Origin: an uncultured bacterium
GTDB lineage: Bacteria > Patescibacteriota > Minisyncoccia > Phycocordibacterales > Phycocordibacteraceae
NCBI GenBank assembly: GCA_903825105.1
Contig: CAIJZI010000009.1
Span: 216-64,215, forward strand
DNA length: 64,000 nucleotides
Direction: 5' to 3'
Part shown: one piece after another, positions 36,452-46,268 of the stretch
Position numbering within the stretch: the first letter of the stretch is position 1
How the letters are laid out: each line of letters opens with the position of its first letter
The notes under the pieces: generated by a model
Database searches by the model: none
What the model saw: only the letters and a program-made list of their open reading frames with translations
Told to the model about the DNA's origin: nothing
Position numbers and translations under genes: made by a program

Positions 36452-37654
36452 ATGCGCATTGATCACCTTGAAGCCAGAGCGATTCTTGATACACGCAAGA
36501 AGCCGACCTTAGAGACGACGATTTCTGCGAACACTTTTACCGCCACAGCGTCGGTGCCATCGGGGAAAAGCACCGGCAGTCATGAAGCATGTGAACTGCG
36601 CGATAGTGACGGGAGCGTCGCGAGTGCGATTAAAAATGTAAATGAAGAAATCGCAGAAGCGATTATCGGCAAGCGTTTTGAATCGCTCGACGAGCTCGAT
36701 TCATTTCTTATCGAACTCGACGGCACGCCGAACAAGTCGCGCCTCGGCGCGAATGCGATTCTTTCTGTTTCTATTGCCGCAATGCGCCTCTCGGCGATGT
36801 TAAAAGATGTGCCACTCTGGAAAGCTATTTCAGAGCGAGCCGGAACGAAACCTCAGGCCCCGCGATTGTTTGTAAATGTAATGAATGGTGGAGTCCACGC
36901 AGATTTTAAATTGCCTTTCCAAGAATATATGCTCGTCGTTGAAGGAAAGACGAGCGAAGCACTGCCTATTGTCCAAGAAATTTTCGCGAAACTCGGCGAA
37001 CGACTTGGCGATGTGCCAATGGGCGACGAAGGCGGCTACGCGCCGACATTCGACACGATAGAAAAGCCATTTGAAATTCTCACTGATCTTATAAAAGAGT
37101 ATCCGAGCGTATCGATCGCGATCGACGCCGCCGCGAGTGAATTATTTCACAACGGTTCGTACGAATTGCTTAATAAAACATATGCGCCAGAAGAACTCAC
37201 TTCCATATATGGAAGTATCGTAAGTCAGTTCCCTATCCACTCGATCGAAGATCCTTTTTCTGAAAACTCTGGCGAAGATTTTGCGAAGTTAATGGCACAA
37301 TTAAACAGCCCCTCGACCAGACTCGGGGCGACCACGATTCTCGTGGTCGGCGACGATCTCACTGTGACAAATCCTGCCCGTATTAAAACAGCGACAGAAA
37401 ATAAAGAACTAAATGCAGTTTTAATTAAGCCGAATCAAATCGGCACGGTGAAAGAAGCGATTGAAGCTGTCCAGGCGACATATGCCGCAGGGTTCCAAGC
37501 TATCGCGTCGCATCGCTCGGGCGAAACGATGGACACTTTCATAGCTGACTTCGCCTACGGCGTCGGCGCGCACGGCATCAAAGCCGGTGGCTTGGGCCAA
37601 AAGGAGCGTCTCGAGAAATATAAACGCCTGCTCGAAATAGAGAAAGAAGCATAA
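36452..37654 (+). CDS. eno: Enolase
   Basis: Enolase N- and C-domains (SVPSGKSTGSHEA...; catalytic loop residues conserved). Confidence 0.95.
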   Translation: MRIDHLEARAILDTRKKPTLETTISANTFTATASVPSGKSTGSHEACELRDSDGSVASAIKNVNEEIAEAIIGKRFESLDELDSFLIELDGTPNKSRLGANAILSVSIAAMRLSAMLKDVPLWKAISERAGTKPQAPRLFVNVMNGGVHADFKLPFQEYMLVVEGKTSEALPIVQEIFAKLGERLGDVPMGDEGGYAPTFDTIEKPFEILTDLIKEYPSVSIAIDAAASELFHNGSYELLNKTYAPEELTSIYGSIVSQFPIHSIEDPFSENSGEDFAKLMAQLNSPSTRLGATTILVVGDDLTVTNPARIKTATENKELNAVLIKPNQIGTVKEAIEAVQATYAAGFQAIASHRSGETMDTFIADFAYGVGAHGIKAGGLGQKERLEKYKRLLEIEKEA

Positions 37655-37672
37655 ACAATGTAAAATAAACAC

Positions 37673-38677
37673 ATGAAAATTCATTACTTTTCGAGCGAGG
37701 GGTGGGAGGAGGACTTTATAAAAAATAAATTACCAAATGATGAAATTATTTTTCATCTTGGCTCTATTGCTGATTTCCAAGATGTGAGCGACTCTGAAGC
37801 AGAAGCCATTTGTACTTTTGTGGAAACAAAAATTGGCGAGATAGAAATGTCACGCTTCCCTGCTCTGAAACTTATCGCGACGCGTTCGACCGGCTTCGAT
37901 CACATTGATCTCGCTGCAGCGAAAGCGCGCGGAATCGCCGTCGTGAATGTTCCTTTTTATGGCGAGAACACCGTCGCAGAATTCGCCTTCGCGCTTCTGC
38001 TCGCATTGTCGCGTCGAATCGTTGAGGCGGACGAGCGCGTTAAAGAAACGGGAACATTTTCTACAAAAGATCTTCGCGGTTTTGACTTGGCTGGGAAAAC
38101 ACTCGGTGTCATCGGCACCGGCCACATCGGCGCGCACATTATTGCGATGGCGAACGGATTCGGCATGAAGGTGGTCGGCTTCGACGCGTACCCTAATAGC
38201 GAGCTCGCCGAGAAACTTGATTTCAACTATATCTCACTAGAAGAATTGCTCGCCACTTCAGACATCATCACGATTCACACGCCGTATAATCCACAAACGC
38301 ATCATCTGATTAATAAAGAAAATATAAATAAAATTAAAAAAGGTGCGTACCTGATCAACACCGCGCGTGGCGCTATCGTTGAAACCGAGGCGCTCGTCGA
38401 AGCATTAAAAAATGGCACTCTCACGGGCGCCGGCCTCGATGTTCTCGAAGAAGAGGGCGATATGAATGACGAGCTCGCACTTCTCACTGCCTCACATCCA
38501 AAAGAAGATGAATTAAAAATCGCGCTCGAGAACCATTACCTCATTAATCACCCGCGAGTCATCGTCACGCCGCACAATGCCTTCAATACGAGCGAAGCGG
38601 TCGAGCGAATCCTCACTACAACCATCGAAAATATAAAAGCATTTTCTGCTGGCTCTGCGACAAATGTCGTTTCTTAA
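37673..38677 (+). CDS. D-isomer-specific 2-hydroxyacid dehydrogenase (D-lactate/glycerate DH-like)
   Basis: NAD-binding GVIGTGHIGAHIIAMANGFGMKVVGFD and the catalytic R/E/H triad region. Confidence 0.85.
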   Translation: MKIHYFSSEGWEEDFIKNKLPNDEIIFHLGSIADFQDVSDSEAEAICTFVETKIGEIEMSRFPALKLIATRSTGFDHIDLAAAKARGIAVVNVPFYGENTVAEFAFALLLALSRRIVEADERVKETGTFSTKDLRGFDLAGKTLGVIGTGHIGAHIIAMANGFGMKVVGFDAYPNSELAEKLDFNYISLEELLATSDIITIHTPYNPQTHHLINKENINKIKKGAYLINTARGAIVETEALVEALKNGTLTGAGLDVLEEEGDMNDELALLTASHPKEDELKIALENHYLINHPRVIVTPHNAFNTSEAVERILTTTIENIKAFSAGSATNVVS

Positions 38678-38764
38678 CACAAAATAGCTATCCACAGAAC
38701 TCAAAACTACTTATTGACTTATCAGTCTTCCTGGCATAAGATATGACTGTATTTCTATGGAGGG

Positions 38765-38806
38765 GCACTGCTTAGGGTTTCGTCCTTAAGCGGTGCTTTT
38801 CTTTTT
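38765..38806 (+). terminator. Rho-independent terminator (overlaps the 3' end of the convergent NYN gene)
   Basis: gcactgcttagg-gtttcgt-ccttaagcggtgc followed by TTTTCTTTTT. Confidence 0.6.
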
Positions 38807-39289
38807 ATATGCTAACTTATCTTGGAGTTCGTTCATAAACCATATCTTTTCTTTAGAGGTTTGTCTGAGCAGACTTGAACAATTTTCAATATCCGGACTT
38901 AATACTATCTTTAGTTTGTTATTTTCGTATAGATACTGTACAAGCGAATAAAAATCGCCATCGCTCGAAACAATAACTGCCTTATCGTACTCGCTTAATT
39001 CAAGCGCGGCTTTTAATACAAGATCCGCATCAATGTTTCCTTTAATTTTGCCGTCAGCATCTGGTATTGTTGGCTTGAATTTCAAAATAAAACCTGATTC
39101 TTGAAGATTGTCGTAGAGCGACTGGTTGAGCGCTACAAAACCAATAAACAAATATGCTTTTTTGACTCCGTATTTTTCTGCGAGATACACTCTGAATTTT
39201 TTATAATCCAACTTCCAGCCCAATTTCTGGATTCCCAGATTCAGATTTTGACTATCAATAAAAGCATAATTATTTTCTTTCTTCTTCAT
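38786..39289 (-). CDS. NYN-domain (LabA/PIN-like) predicted RNase
   Basis: AFIDSQNL, acidic D...D and VIVSSDGDF motifs typical of NYN/LabA; lies in an AT-rich island. Confidence 0.65.
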   Translation of the reverse strand: MKKKENNYAFIDSQNLNLGIQKLGWKLDYKKFRVYLAEKYGVKKAYLFIGFVALNQSLYDNLQESGFILKFKPTIPDADGKIKGNIDADLVLKAALELSEYDKAVIVSSDGDFYSLVQYLYENNKLKIVLSPDIENCSSLLRQTSKEKIWFMNELQDKLAYKKKSTA

Positions 39290-39392
39290 ACCTTTTGCAG
39301 GTATATCTTACACCATATTCAACACCAAAAATATCCGACGATTTTTCATCGATTCACCGAAAAATATTATTCCTCGAAATTTTTATCAGCTA

Positions 39393-40232
39393 CTATCCGT
39401 TTAGAACACTTACGAGTAATCTGTCTGAAAAATTAGAAGTGATTATTGTCAGTTCTTTATCCTCCTTCTTTGCAAAAAGACCAAAGAAAAGATCGCCGGT
39501 CACTTCAAAACCCAATTCTCCGTAATACGAGACGATGATTGCTTCTAATTCTTCATTACTCACACGCTCTTTTCCACGCATATCAATAGAGAAATCCTCT
39601 AAATTACCAGAGTTAAATGTTGCTAGTGTAGCCAACATCTGTGCTTCAGGAGATTGTAGTGCTGTGTCGAAACTATAAGGATATGTGGCTTCTAGACCCA
39701 ATTTCTCGCATACACACTGCTCTAGAGTTTTGCCAACTGGCTTTTCAATTTTAGCTTCAAGGAAATCCTCTATATCTTTCTTTTGACTATCATCTAATTT
39801 TTGGAAGAGTGTTGCTGCCTTCATAGTTTCATTGAGATAGACGGACATATCGGGCATATCAAGTTTTATCCTTTCGCCGAGTTTGTGCGTCAATGTTAGT
39901 ACTTCTGACATATAAGCATCGCTCTCGAGTTCACTACTTAATTTCAATAGAGCTTTTAGAGTTCTCGCCACTCTTTGCTGTAGTTCTGGCTGAAAAGAAA
40001 GGTCGCTTTCAATATGTTTTTTGATATATCCAACAGTACCTCCTTCTCTCTCGCCCACAACCAATCCGGCTTCCATTGCTTTTTGCAGGTGCTCATATTG
40101 TTCAGAGGTAATTTTGAGTTCTCCATAAACTACCTCTGCCCCTCCTTCTACGAGTTCTTTATCACTTACTTTTCTTTGTTCCTGCATATCGACTATTTCC
40201 TCTGGCGAATATCTATCTGGTGATTTTGGCAT
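39393..40232 (-). CDS. Hypothetical 279-aa protein (AT-rich island, partner of the NYN gene)
   Basis: No recognisable motif; composition differs from neighbours. Confidence 0.4.
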   Translation of the reverse strand: MPKSPDRYSPEEIVDMQEQRKVSDKELVEGGAEVVYGELKITSEQYEHLQKAMEAGLVVGEREGGTVGYIKKHIESDLSFQPELQQRVARTLKALLKLSSELESDAYMSEVLTLTHKLGERIKLDMPDMSVYLNETMKAATLFQKLDDSQKKDIEDFLEAKIEKPVGKTLEQCVCEKLGLEATYPYSFDTALQSPEAQMLATLATFNSGNLEDFSIDMRGKERVSNEELEAIIVSYYGELGFEVTGDLFFGLFAKKEDKELTIITSNFSDRLLVSVLNG

Positions 40233-40283
40233 AATTTTATGGTTAATTTATTTACTCTTAAATAATAACAAACCTGCTTATGA

Positions 40284-40312
40284 TTGCAATTTCTCGGTTT
40301 TTGTGATGAAAT
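40284..40312 (+). promoter_or_regulatory. Putative promoter (TTGCAA-17-TGAAAT) giving a near-leaderless infB mRNA
   Basis: Hexamers read directly; ATG is 9 nt after the -10. Confidence 0.35.
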
Positions 40313-40320
40313 AGAGATAT

Positions 40321-41790
40321 ATGGCAAAGGGAGCACGACCGCCCATCATCGCGGTGATGGGTCACATAGACCACGGAAAGTCGTCACTATTGGATTATAT
40401 CCGCAAGGCGAATGTGGTCGCTGGCGAAGCAGGTGGCATCACCCAGCATGTTTCTGCATACATCGCTCTCCACAATGACCGCGCGATCACCTTCCTCGAT
40501 ACACCTGGTCACGAAGCGTTTAAAGCGCTCCGCACACGCGGCGCTGCTGCTGCTGACATCGCTATTCTTGTTGTCGCTGCCGACGAAGGCGTGATGCCAC
40601 AGACGCTCGATGCACTTAACGCGATTAAAGAGGCGAGCATTCCTTTTATTGTCGCCATCACGAAGATTGATAAAAATAATGCCGACATCGAACGCACGAA
40701 GATATCACTTCTCGAACACGGTATTTTCCTCGAGGGCATGGGCGGAGAAATCGCCTTTATGCCTATTTCTTCAAAATCGGGTAGCGGCATTCCGGAACTG
40801 CTCGATCTTGTTGTGCTCGCTACAGATCTTTCAGAAATTACTGCCGACCCAGACGCTCCTGCAGAAGGATTCGTCCTCGAATCGACTCAAGACCCGAAGC
40901 GCGGCGCTTCTGCGACGCTGATTATTAAAAATGGCTCACTCGAGACCGGTTGCTTCGTCGTCGCTGGAGACGCCTACGCGCCTGTTCGTTTTATCGAAGA
41001 CTTCAGAGGTTCTCGTATAGAGAAGGCATTACCTTCAGAGCCAGTGCGTATCTCTGGATTTAATTCCCTTCCACCTTCTGGAGCACTTTTTAGTGTTGTG
41101 GGGAGTAAAAAGGAGGCAGAAAAACTCACTAAAGAAAACGCTGCAAAATCTGTAATCCCTTCTTCTCAATCTGTCTCGACAGAAGGAATTACCGAGCTCC
41201 CACTCGTGATAAAAGCAGATGTCGCCGGTTCTCTCGATGCGATTATCCACGAATTGTCGAAGATAACGCACGAGCGCGGGTGTCTGCGCATTATTTCAAC
41301 TGGCGTCGGTACCGTCTCAGAAAACGATGTGAAGACGGCGATTGCTTCAGGCGGGATTATTGTCTCATTTAATGTGGGCACCGACGGCGTCGCTTCAGAA
41401 CTCGCCGACCGTAACAATATTTCTATTCTTAATTTCTCAATTATTTACGAACTTTCTGAAAAGATTACCGAGCGCCTCACCTCTCATGTCCCCGTGGTCA
41501 CAGTCGAAAAAGAGACGGGCAAAGCGCTCGTTTTAAAGTCGTTTTCTTCAAGTGGTAAGAAACAGGTACTCGGCGCGCGATTTATCTCAGGAACTTTTTC
41601 TGTCGGGAATAAAATAAAAATAATACGAGGCACAGAAGAGATCTCCCGTGGAAAGATAATCAATCTCCAACAAGCGCGCGCTGACATAAAAGAGATAAAA
41701 ACAGAAGGAGACTTCGGTATCGAGATAGAAGCGAAGACTCCGCTTATTTATGGCGACACTCTTATTGAATTTACTACGACCGAATCATGA
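40321..41790 (+). CDS. infB: Translation initiation factor IF-2 (short form, no N-terminal extension)
   Basis: G-domain AVMGHIDHGKSSLLD, DTPGHEAF, domain II and the C-terminal beta-barrels. Confidence 0.9.
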   Translation: MAKGARPPIIAVMGHIDHGKSSLLDYIRKANVVAGEAGGITQHVSAYIALHNDRAITFLDTPGHEAFKALRTRGAAAADIAILVVAADEGVMPQTLDALNAIKEASIPFIVAITKIDKNNADIERTKISLLEHGIFLEGMGGEIAFMPISSKSGSGIPELLDLVVLATDLSEITADPDAPAEGFVLESTQDPKRGASATLIIKNGSLETGCFVVAGDAYAPVRFIEDFRGSRIEKALPSEPVRISGFNSLPPSGALFSVVGSKKEAEKLTKENAAKSVIPSSQSVSTEGITELPLVIKADVAGSLDAIIHELSKITHERGCLRIISTGVGTVSENDVKTAIASGGIIVSFNVGTDGVASELADRNNISILNFSIIYELSEKITERLTSHVPVVTVEKETGKALVLKSFSSSGKKQVLGARFISGTFSVGNKIKIIRGTEEISRGKIINLQQARADIKEIKTEGDFGIEIEAKTPLIYGDTLIEFTTTES

Positions 41791-42098
41791 AAACCGAAAA
41801 AAGACCTGATGCAAAAAGGCACGGCGATCGTGTGATCGAACTCATCGCGCACGAAGCCGCGAACTTTATCGGGCGCGAAGCGAGTACAGAATCATTTATC
41901 ACCGTCATTCGCGCTGTGCCACTCTCGCACGGCGAACGGGTCGCTGTTTTTGTGAGCATCTTCCCTGAAGAGAAGATCCGTCCTGCACTCGCCTTTCTCG
42001 AGCGACAGCGTGAGGCCTTTTCAGATTATTTAAAAAAGAAAACGCGGCTCTCGCCGCTCCCGAGAATCGACTTTCTTCTCGATAACGGAGAAGCTTGA
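41787..42098 (+). CDS. rbfA: Ribosome-binding factor A
   Basis: KH-like RbfA pattern (RVIELIAHEAANFI...ITVIRAV); canonical position after infB with a 4-nt overlap. Confidence 0.65.
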   Translation: MKTEKRPDAKRHGDRVIELIAHEAANFIGREASTESFITVIRAVPLSHGERVAVFVSIFPEEKIRPALAFLERQREAFSDYLKKKTRLSPLPRIDFLLDNGEA

Positions 42099-42163
42099 CA
42101 GAAATCGCGTTTCGTGTATACTTATATTTATCCAAGGGCGTAAAGCCTTTGAGGGGAGGATTC

Positions 42164-42364
42164 GTGAGAAACTCGATTGCACTTTTTTTCGTTCTTTCGG
42201 CTTCGGTGGCATTCGCGCAGCCCGCCGCCGTGAAGCCGGTACTTCCGCCGGTGCAGACGGTGACGCCGCCGATAATCAACAGCACGGTCAAACCGGCACT
42301 TCCGCCGGTGCAGACAGCGACCTTGTCAAAGGCCGCTGGGGCCGTCAAGCCGGCGCTGAAGTAG
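42164..42364 (+). CDS. Small secreted repeat protein (KPxLPPVQT repeats)
   Basis: GTG start with a GGGGAGG RBS, signal peptide, two VKPxLPPVQTxT repeats. Confidence 0.4.
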   Translation: MRNSIALFFVLSASVAFAQPAAVKPVLPPVQTVTPPIINSTVKPALPPVQTATLSKAAGAVKPALK

Positions 42365-42404
42365 CGCCATAAACAAAATCAAAAGGAGCCCTAACCGGCT
42401 CCTT

Positions 42405-42476
42405 TAACCTTTTGAGGCCAGGGCGGGAATTGAACCCGCGCATGTCGCTTTTGCAGAGCGATGTGTTACCACTTCA
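42405..42476 (-). tRNA. tRNA-Cys(GCA)
   Basis: Acceptor GGCCAGG/CCTGGCC, anticodon loop CTGCAAA, T-arm GCGGG-TTCAATT-CCCGC. Confidence 0.85.
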
Positions 42477-42535
42477 CCACCTGGCCGTTTATTAAGAATA
42501 GCAGAAGTGATAGGATAATACAGTGCTTTGTTATA

Positions 42536-42624
42536 GCCGAGGTGGCGGAATGGTAGACGCACAGGGCTTAAAACCCTGAGAGGTCCTAAAAATCCTCGTG
42601 TGGGTTCGAGTCCCACCCTCGGTA
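42536..42624 (+). tRNA. tRNA-Leu(TAA), type II
   Basis: Anticodon arm CAGGG-CTTAAAA-CCCTG, long variable arm, T-arm GTGGG-TTCGAGT-CCCAC. Confidence 0.85.
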
Positions 42625-42666
42625 CAAGGAAAACAGATATGCCGCGGGCCTGGAGGCTCGCGGCGT

Positions 42667-42849
42667 TTATTTGTATTTGAGTAAGTTCTTTAAAAAATCT
42701 GGAATGTAAATAAACCAGAAAATTATTGTGGGAACACCGAGAAGAATTATAGTTTCCCAATTTTTCTTTTTTGGGAAGAAAATAAAACCTGCTAGCACGG
42801 CGGACAAGATAATGCCGGCGCAGCCGAATAGAATCATTCTTAACGGCAT
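42667..42849 (-). CDS. Small membrane protein (60 aa)
   Basis: Two hydrophobic helices. Confidence 0.3.
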   Translation of the reverse strand: MPLRMILFGCAGIILSAVLAGFIFFPKKKNWETIILLGVPTIIFWFIYIPDFLKNLLKYK

Positions 42850-42898
42850 ATCAGTCCTCCCTCTCTCACATCCAAAAGCAGAATACCAGATTCGGTGA

Positions 42899-43819
42899 TT
42901 ATTTCAAAACCGTTAGGAGACGCGTATATTTAGGATCTCTGCCGTGCAGAATCTCTTGATACTTTTTCTGAAGTGACTTTGTTATTTTACCTGTTTCGCC
43001 ATTTTTAATAATTCGTTTATCTATCTCTCGCACCGGCGTCGCGAGGGCTGAAGTGCCCGAGGCGAAGACTTCGTCAGCGATGTAGAGCTCGGTGAGATCA
43101 ACCTTCCGTTCAACAACAGGGATCTTCATACCGCGCGCGAGCTCGATAATCGTCCTGCGCGTTATCCCTTCGAGAATATCGCTCGCGGTGTCGGGAGTGA
43201 TAAGCACGCCATCGCGCACGAAGAAAATATTCGCCGCGCTGAGTTCACAGACATGTCCGTCAGCATCTAAAAAAATACAGTCATCGTAGCCGCTATCGAG
43301 AGCATCCTGCTTCGCGAGGACAGAATTCACATACGCGCCATTCACCTTCGCCCTCGAAGGTATCGCATAGTCGGGCACACGCCGCCACACACTCGTCTTC
43401 AAGCTCGCGCCGCCTTCGGGCAGGACTTTATAATCGCCATAGGCGAACATACTCACCGTCGTGTGGAGCCCGCGCGACCGCGTCCCTGGCAGGAGCTCGT
43501 CGACATGCACCGTCGCACGCACGAGCACATCTTCTTTTATCTTATTCGCTTTTATTAATTCTGTAATCGCTTTGGTAAATTTATTTTCATTCCATTCTTT
43601 TTCAAAAGTATCGATGCCGATAATTTTAGCTGAGTCGATTAACCTTTTAAAATGATCTTTTAATCTAAAAGCGACGATTCCCTTTTTTGTTATACATACC
43701 GGGAAGACCGTGTAGACGCTCAGGCCGTAGAGAACCGCCGAACTCGCGATACTTAAAGAAGCTTCTTTTACCGGTACTATTTTTGAACCAAAAAATGCTT
43801 TGTTATAAATGCGTGCCAT
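42899..43819 (-). CDS. ilvE-like: Branched-chain amino acid / class IV aminotransferase
   Basis: Fold-type IV PLP enzyme pattern (YGLSVYTVFPV...lysine region...EVFASGTSA); start trimmed to avoid tRNA-Lys. Confidence 0.8.
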   Translation of the reverse strand: MARIYNKAFFGSKIVPVKEASLSIASSAVLYGLSVYTVFPVCITKKGIVAFRLKDHFKRLIDSAKIIGIDTFEKEWNENKFTKAITELIKANKIKEDVLVRATVHVDELLPGTRSRGLHTTVSMFAYGDYKVLPEGGASLKTSVWRRVPDYAIPSRAKVNGAYVNSVLAKQDALDSGYDDCIFLDADGHVCELSAANIFFVRDGVLITPDTASDILEGITRRTIIELARGMKIPVVERKVDLTELYIADEVFASGTSALATPVREIDKRIIKNGETGKITKSLQKKYQEILHGRDPKYTRLLTVLK

Positions 43820-43821
43820 TG

Positions 43822-43894
43822 TGCGCCCACCAGGGCTCGAACCTGGGACCCACTGCTTAAGAGGCAGTTGCTCTACCAACTGAGCTATGGGCGC
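43822..43894 (-). tRNA. tRNA-Lys(CTT)
   Basis: Acceptor GCGCCCA/TGGGCGC, anticodon arm ACTGC-CTCTTAA-GCAGT, T-arm CCAGG-TTCGAGC-CCTGG. Confidence 0.85.
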
Positions 43895-44013
43895 TGAGTG
43901 AGGAAGAAACGAATGATTGTCCTCAATTATTCTTTCTCTCCGAACGAGCGTTCATATGCCTACATATGGGCGCTGAGTGAGGAAGAACCCAAAAAGATAT
44001 GGGCGCTTCACTT
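43862..44013. repeat. Three tandem copies of the tRNA-Lys 5' end plus leader (atatgggcgctgagtgaggaagaa / atatgggcgcttcac)
   Basis: Direct repeats at 43881-43914, 43962-43990 and 43998-44013. Confidence 0.6.
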
Positions 44014-44080
44014 TAGAATATAGCAGAATGTAGTATGATTTGGAAATCGCCCTACTTCGCGTAAAGCTACGAGGGGCAAA

Positions 44081-44166
44081 GCTGGGGTGGCGAAATTGGT
44101 AGACGCATTAGCCTTAGGAGCTAACGGAGCAATCCATTGGAGGTTCGAGTCCTCTCCCCAGCACCA
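44081..44166 (+). tRNA. tRNA-Leu(TAG), type II, CCA encoded
   Basis: Acceptor GCTGGGG/CCCCAGC, anticodon arm TTAGC-CTTAGGA-GCTAA, long variable arm. Confidence 0.85.
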
Positions 44167-44263
44167 CTTCACTAAAGCTACACAGTGCACAGAACTTGAC
44201 TTTATAGCCGTTTCGTGTATTATAGATAGCGGAGAGCCGATTCTTCGGCTTAAGGAGCTTGAA

Positions 44264-44893
44264 ATGGCATTTTGGAATTGGGTAAGAAATAACCAGAGAA
44301 CGGTTTGGAATATCGTCCTCGGGTTCGTGTGGATCGTTCTCCTCTTCAACGCCTGCTCCGCGGTTTCCGTCGTTAATGTCGGGCAAATCGGAAGTTGGAG
44401 TTGGGCGAACGCGATCCCGTTCGCGGCATTCTTCGTGATCGGGTTCATCCTGATCGCTGTGAACGCTAGAACCATCGGCGCGCCGACTGCGCGAGTCCTC
44501 CGTATCGCACTCGGGACGGTTATTGTCATCCTCTTTTTGGCAATGCCGTTCGAGGAGCGTGTCCGCGGGGTGTTTAACCCGCAGCAGTCTCACAACTCGC
44601 TGCAAGCGCCGGCGACATCACAGCCGGCACTTGCTATCGGGGTCTGCCCCGACGCGAGCAAGAACGAGACACGGCAGTGCCTCGTCGGGTCTGACTGGTC
44701 CAACTGGATCGGTCTGGCAGAAGGTACTGCTGACAACGGCCTCCACTTCTGCTCCAACGCTGGCGGAGAGCGCGAGCAGTCCCCAGACGAGAGCGAAACA
44801 ATGTTTCGCTTTAAGTCAAAAGACGGCGGGAATCTCGTAAAAAAGTACCGCCTCTTCGCGACTAGCGAAGAATGCGAGGAAGCAACTATCTGA
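44264..44893 (+). CDS. Hypothetical membrane protein with a Cys-containing extracytoplasmic tail
   Basis: Start set at internal Met (MAFWNW) downstream of tRNA-Leu; four TM helices. Confidence 0.4.
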   Translation: MAFWNWVRNNQRTVWNIVLGFVWIVLLFNACSAVSVVNVGQIGSWSWANAIPFAAFFVIGFILIAVNARTIGAPTARVLRIALGTVIVILFLAMPFEERVRGVFNPQQSHNSLQAPATSQPALAIGVCPDASKNETRQCLVGSDWSNWIGLAEGTADNGLHFCSNAGGEREQSPDESETMFRFKSKDGGNLVKKYRLFATSEECEEATI

Positions 44894-44946
44894 AGCTCTT
44901 TCAAAAAGGCCGCGCCAACAAGCGCGGCCTTTCATTTTTTTATTCT

Positions 44947-45237
44947 CTATTTAGAAGCAGGAACGAAAGTGTTGTTCACATAATTCCCCACCCCGGGGAA
45001 AATGCCAAGCACTGTATTCATAATCCCATACGCGCCGAAGATGACGACGAGCCCTACAATGCCCCACATAATCGCTTGCCTCCCTTCCTTTCTCTTCGTT
45101 TCATTACCCGCATTGCGCACAAACTCGAACACACCCCAGAGAAATACGACAAAGGCACAGGCAGAGAGCAGCAGAATAATCGGATTAACGATCTGCACGA
45201 GTACCTTGCCGAGGAATTGGTTTAGAACTTCGGTCAT
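44947..45237 (-). CDS. VirB2/TrbC-like small membrane protein (array member 6)
   Basis: TM1, ETKRKEGRQAIMWGIVGL, TM2; paralogous to neighbours. Confidence 0.5.
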   Translation of the reverse strand: MTEVLNQFLGKVLVQIVNPIILLLSACAFVVFLWGVFEFVRNAGNETKRKEGRQAIMWGIVGLVVIFGAYGIMNTVLGIFPGVGNYVNNTFVPASK

Positions 45238-45244
45238 CTAGCGA

Positions 45245-45622
45245 TTAATGAATCTGTAGTCCGGATGTTGGCGCACCGCCTGCTGGGCCAGAATTATTAC
45301 CGAAACTGAAGGTGCCGGTGAGAATATTCACGAGTCCCCAGACCGAGACCATCACGAAGAAGCCGACAAGCCCCCAGAGCATCAGGTTCTTACCCTTCTC
45401 TTTTACATCATCTCCACCGGACGCCCCGAGAATGAAGGTGTTAAAAGCGCCCCAAAGGAATACGATAAAGGCGATCGCGAAGATAATCGGAACGAGAATA
45501 TTATTAATCGTGCTGATGATAAACGAACCGACATCATTAAGATTGTTAATAGCAGCAGCTGATGAGACGAGCGGTAGCGCGAGCAGAGTGACAAGTGAGG
45601 AAATGGTAAGGGCTTTTTTCAT
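45245..45622 (-). CDS. VirB2/TrbC-like small membrane protein (array member 5)
   Basis: Signal peptide, ILVPIIFAIAFIVFLWGAF, DVKEKGKNLMLWGLVGF, then a Gly-rich tail. Confidence 0.5.
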   Translation of the reverse strand: MKKALTISSLVTLLALPLVSSAAAINNLNDVGSFIISTINNILVPIIFAIAFIVFLWGAFNTFILGASGGDDVKEKGKNLMLWGLVGFFVMVSVWGLVNILTGTFSFGNNSGPAGGAPTSGLQIH

Positions 45623-45704
45623 AAAATAAGTAATCTAATAACAGGTTAATTGTAGCTTTTATAAGAGACTGGTCAATGCGGTTTTTATCTATTTGTGGAT
45701 ATTA

Positions 45705-46253
45705 CTAGTTTGTACAACTGTCCGTACTTACACCGTCTGGACAAGTTCTACCATTGGGACAATAACAATCATTGTTCAGTATTATCCCGCGAGGAGTCTC
45801 AGTCACCGGCGGCTCAGCACAGGTATCTGTACTTGGATCACAGTATCCGCTACTGCACAAAATGTCATTGTAATTACACTTCACCCCATTCTGCAGATTG
45901 CCTGAAGCGCTCGAGGCAGGGCTGCCAGCAGCAGGAGTTTGGGTATTAGAATTTGTTGCCCCAGTATTAATAGTTGGGAACGCGGGGACATTGGTCGAGG
46001 TGAGCCCAAGCGTGCCCATAAATATCTGCACGATGCCCCAGACAGAGAAGAGAAGGACGAAGCCGACGATACCGTAAATGGCGAAGGTCTTCCCTTCTTT
46101 TTCTGCTTTATCTGAATCGTGAATAAAATACTTGTAAATCCCCCAGACGAATACTAAGAATGCGACCGAGATCAGAGCCGGTATTAAAATGCCGTTGATA
46201 ACCCCGACGACACTGCTCGCATATCCTTGAATATAAGTCGCATTTATTCCCAT
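45705..46253 (-). CDS. VirB2/TrbC-like membrane protein with Cys-rich C-terminal domain (array member 4)
   Basis: Conserved TM-KAEKEGK-TM core, then a Thr/Ser-rich linker and eight Cys. Confidence 0.5.
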   Translation of the reverse strand: MGINATYIQGYASSVVGVINGILIPALISVAFLVFVWGIYKYFIHDSDKAEKEGKTFAIYGIVGFVLLFSVWGIVQIFMGTLGLTSTNVPAFPTINTGATNSNTQTPAAGSPASSASGNLQNGVKCNYNDILCSSGYCDPSTDTCAEPPVTETPRGIILNNDCYCPNGRTCPDGVSTDSCTN

Positions 46254-46268
46254 AGAATGTTGTTATTT

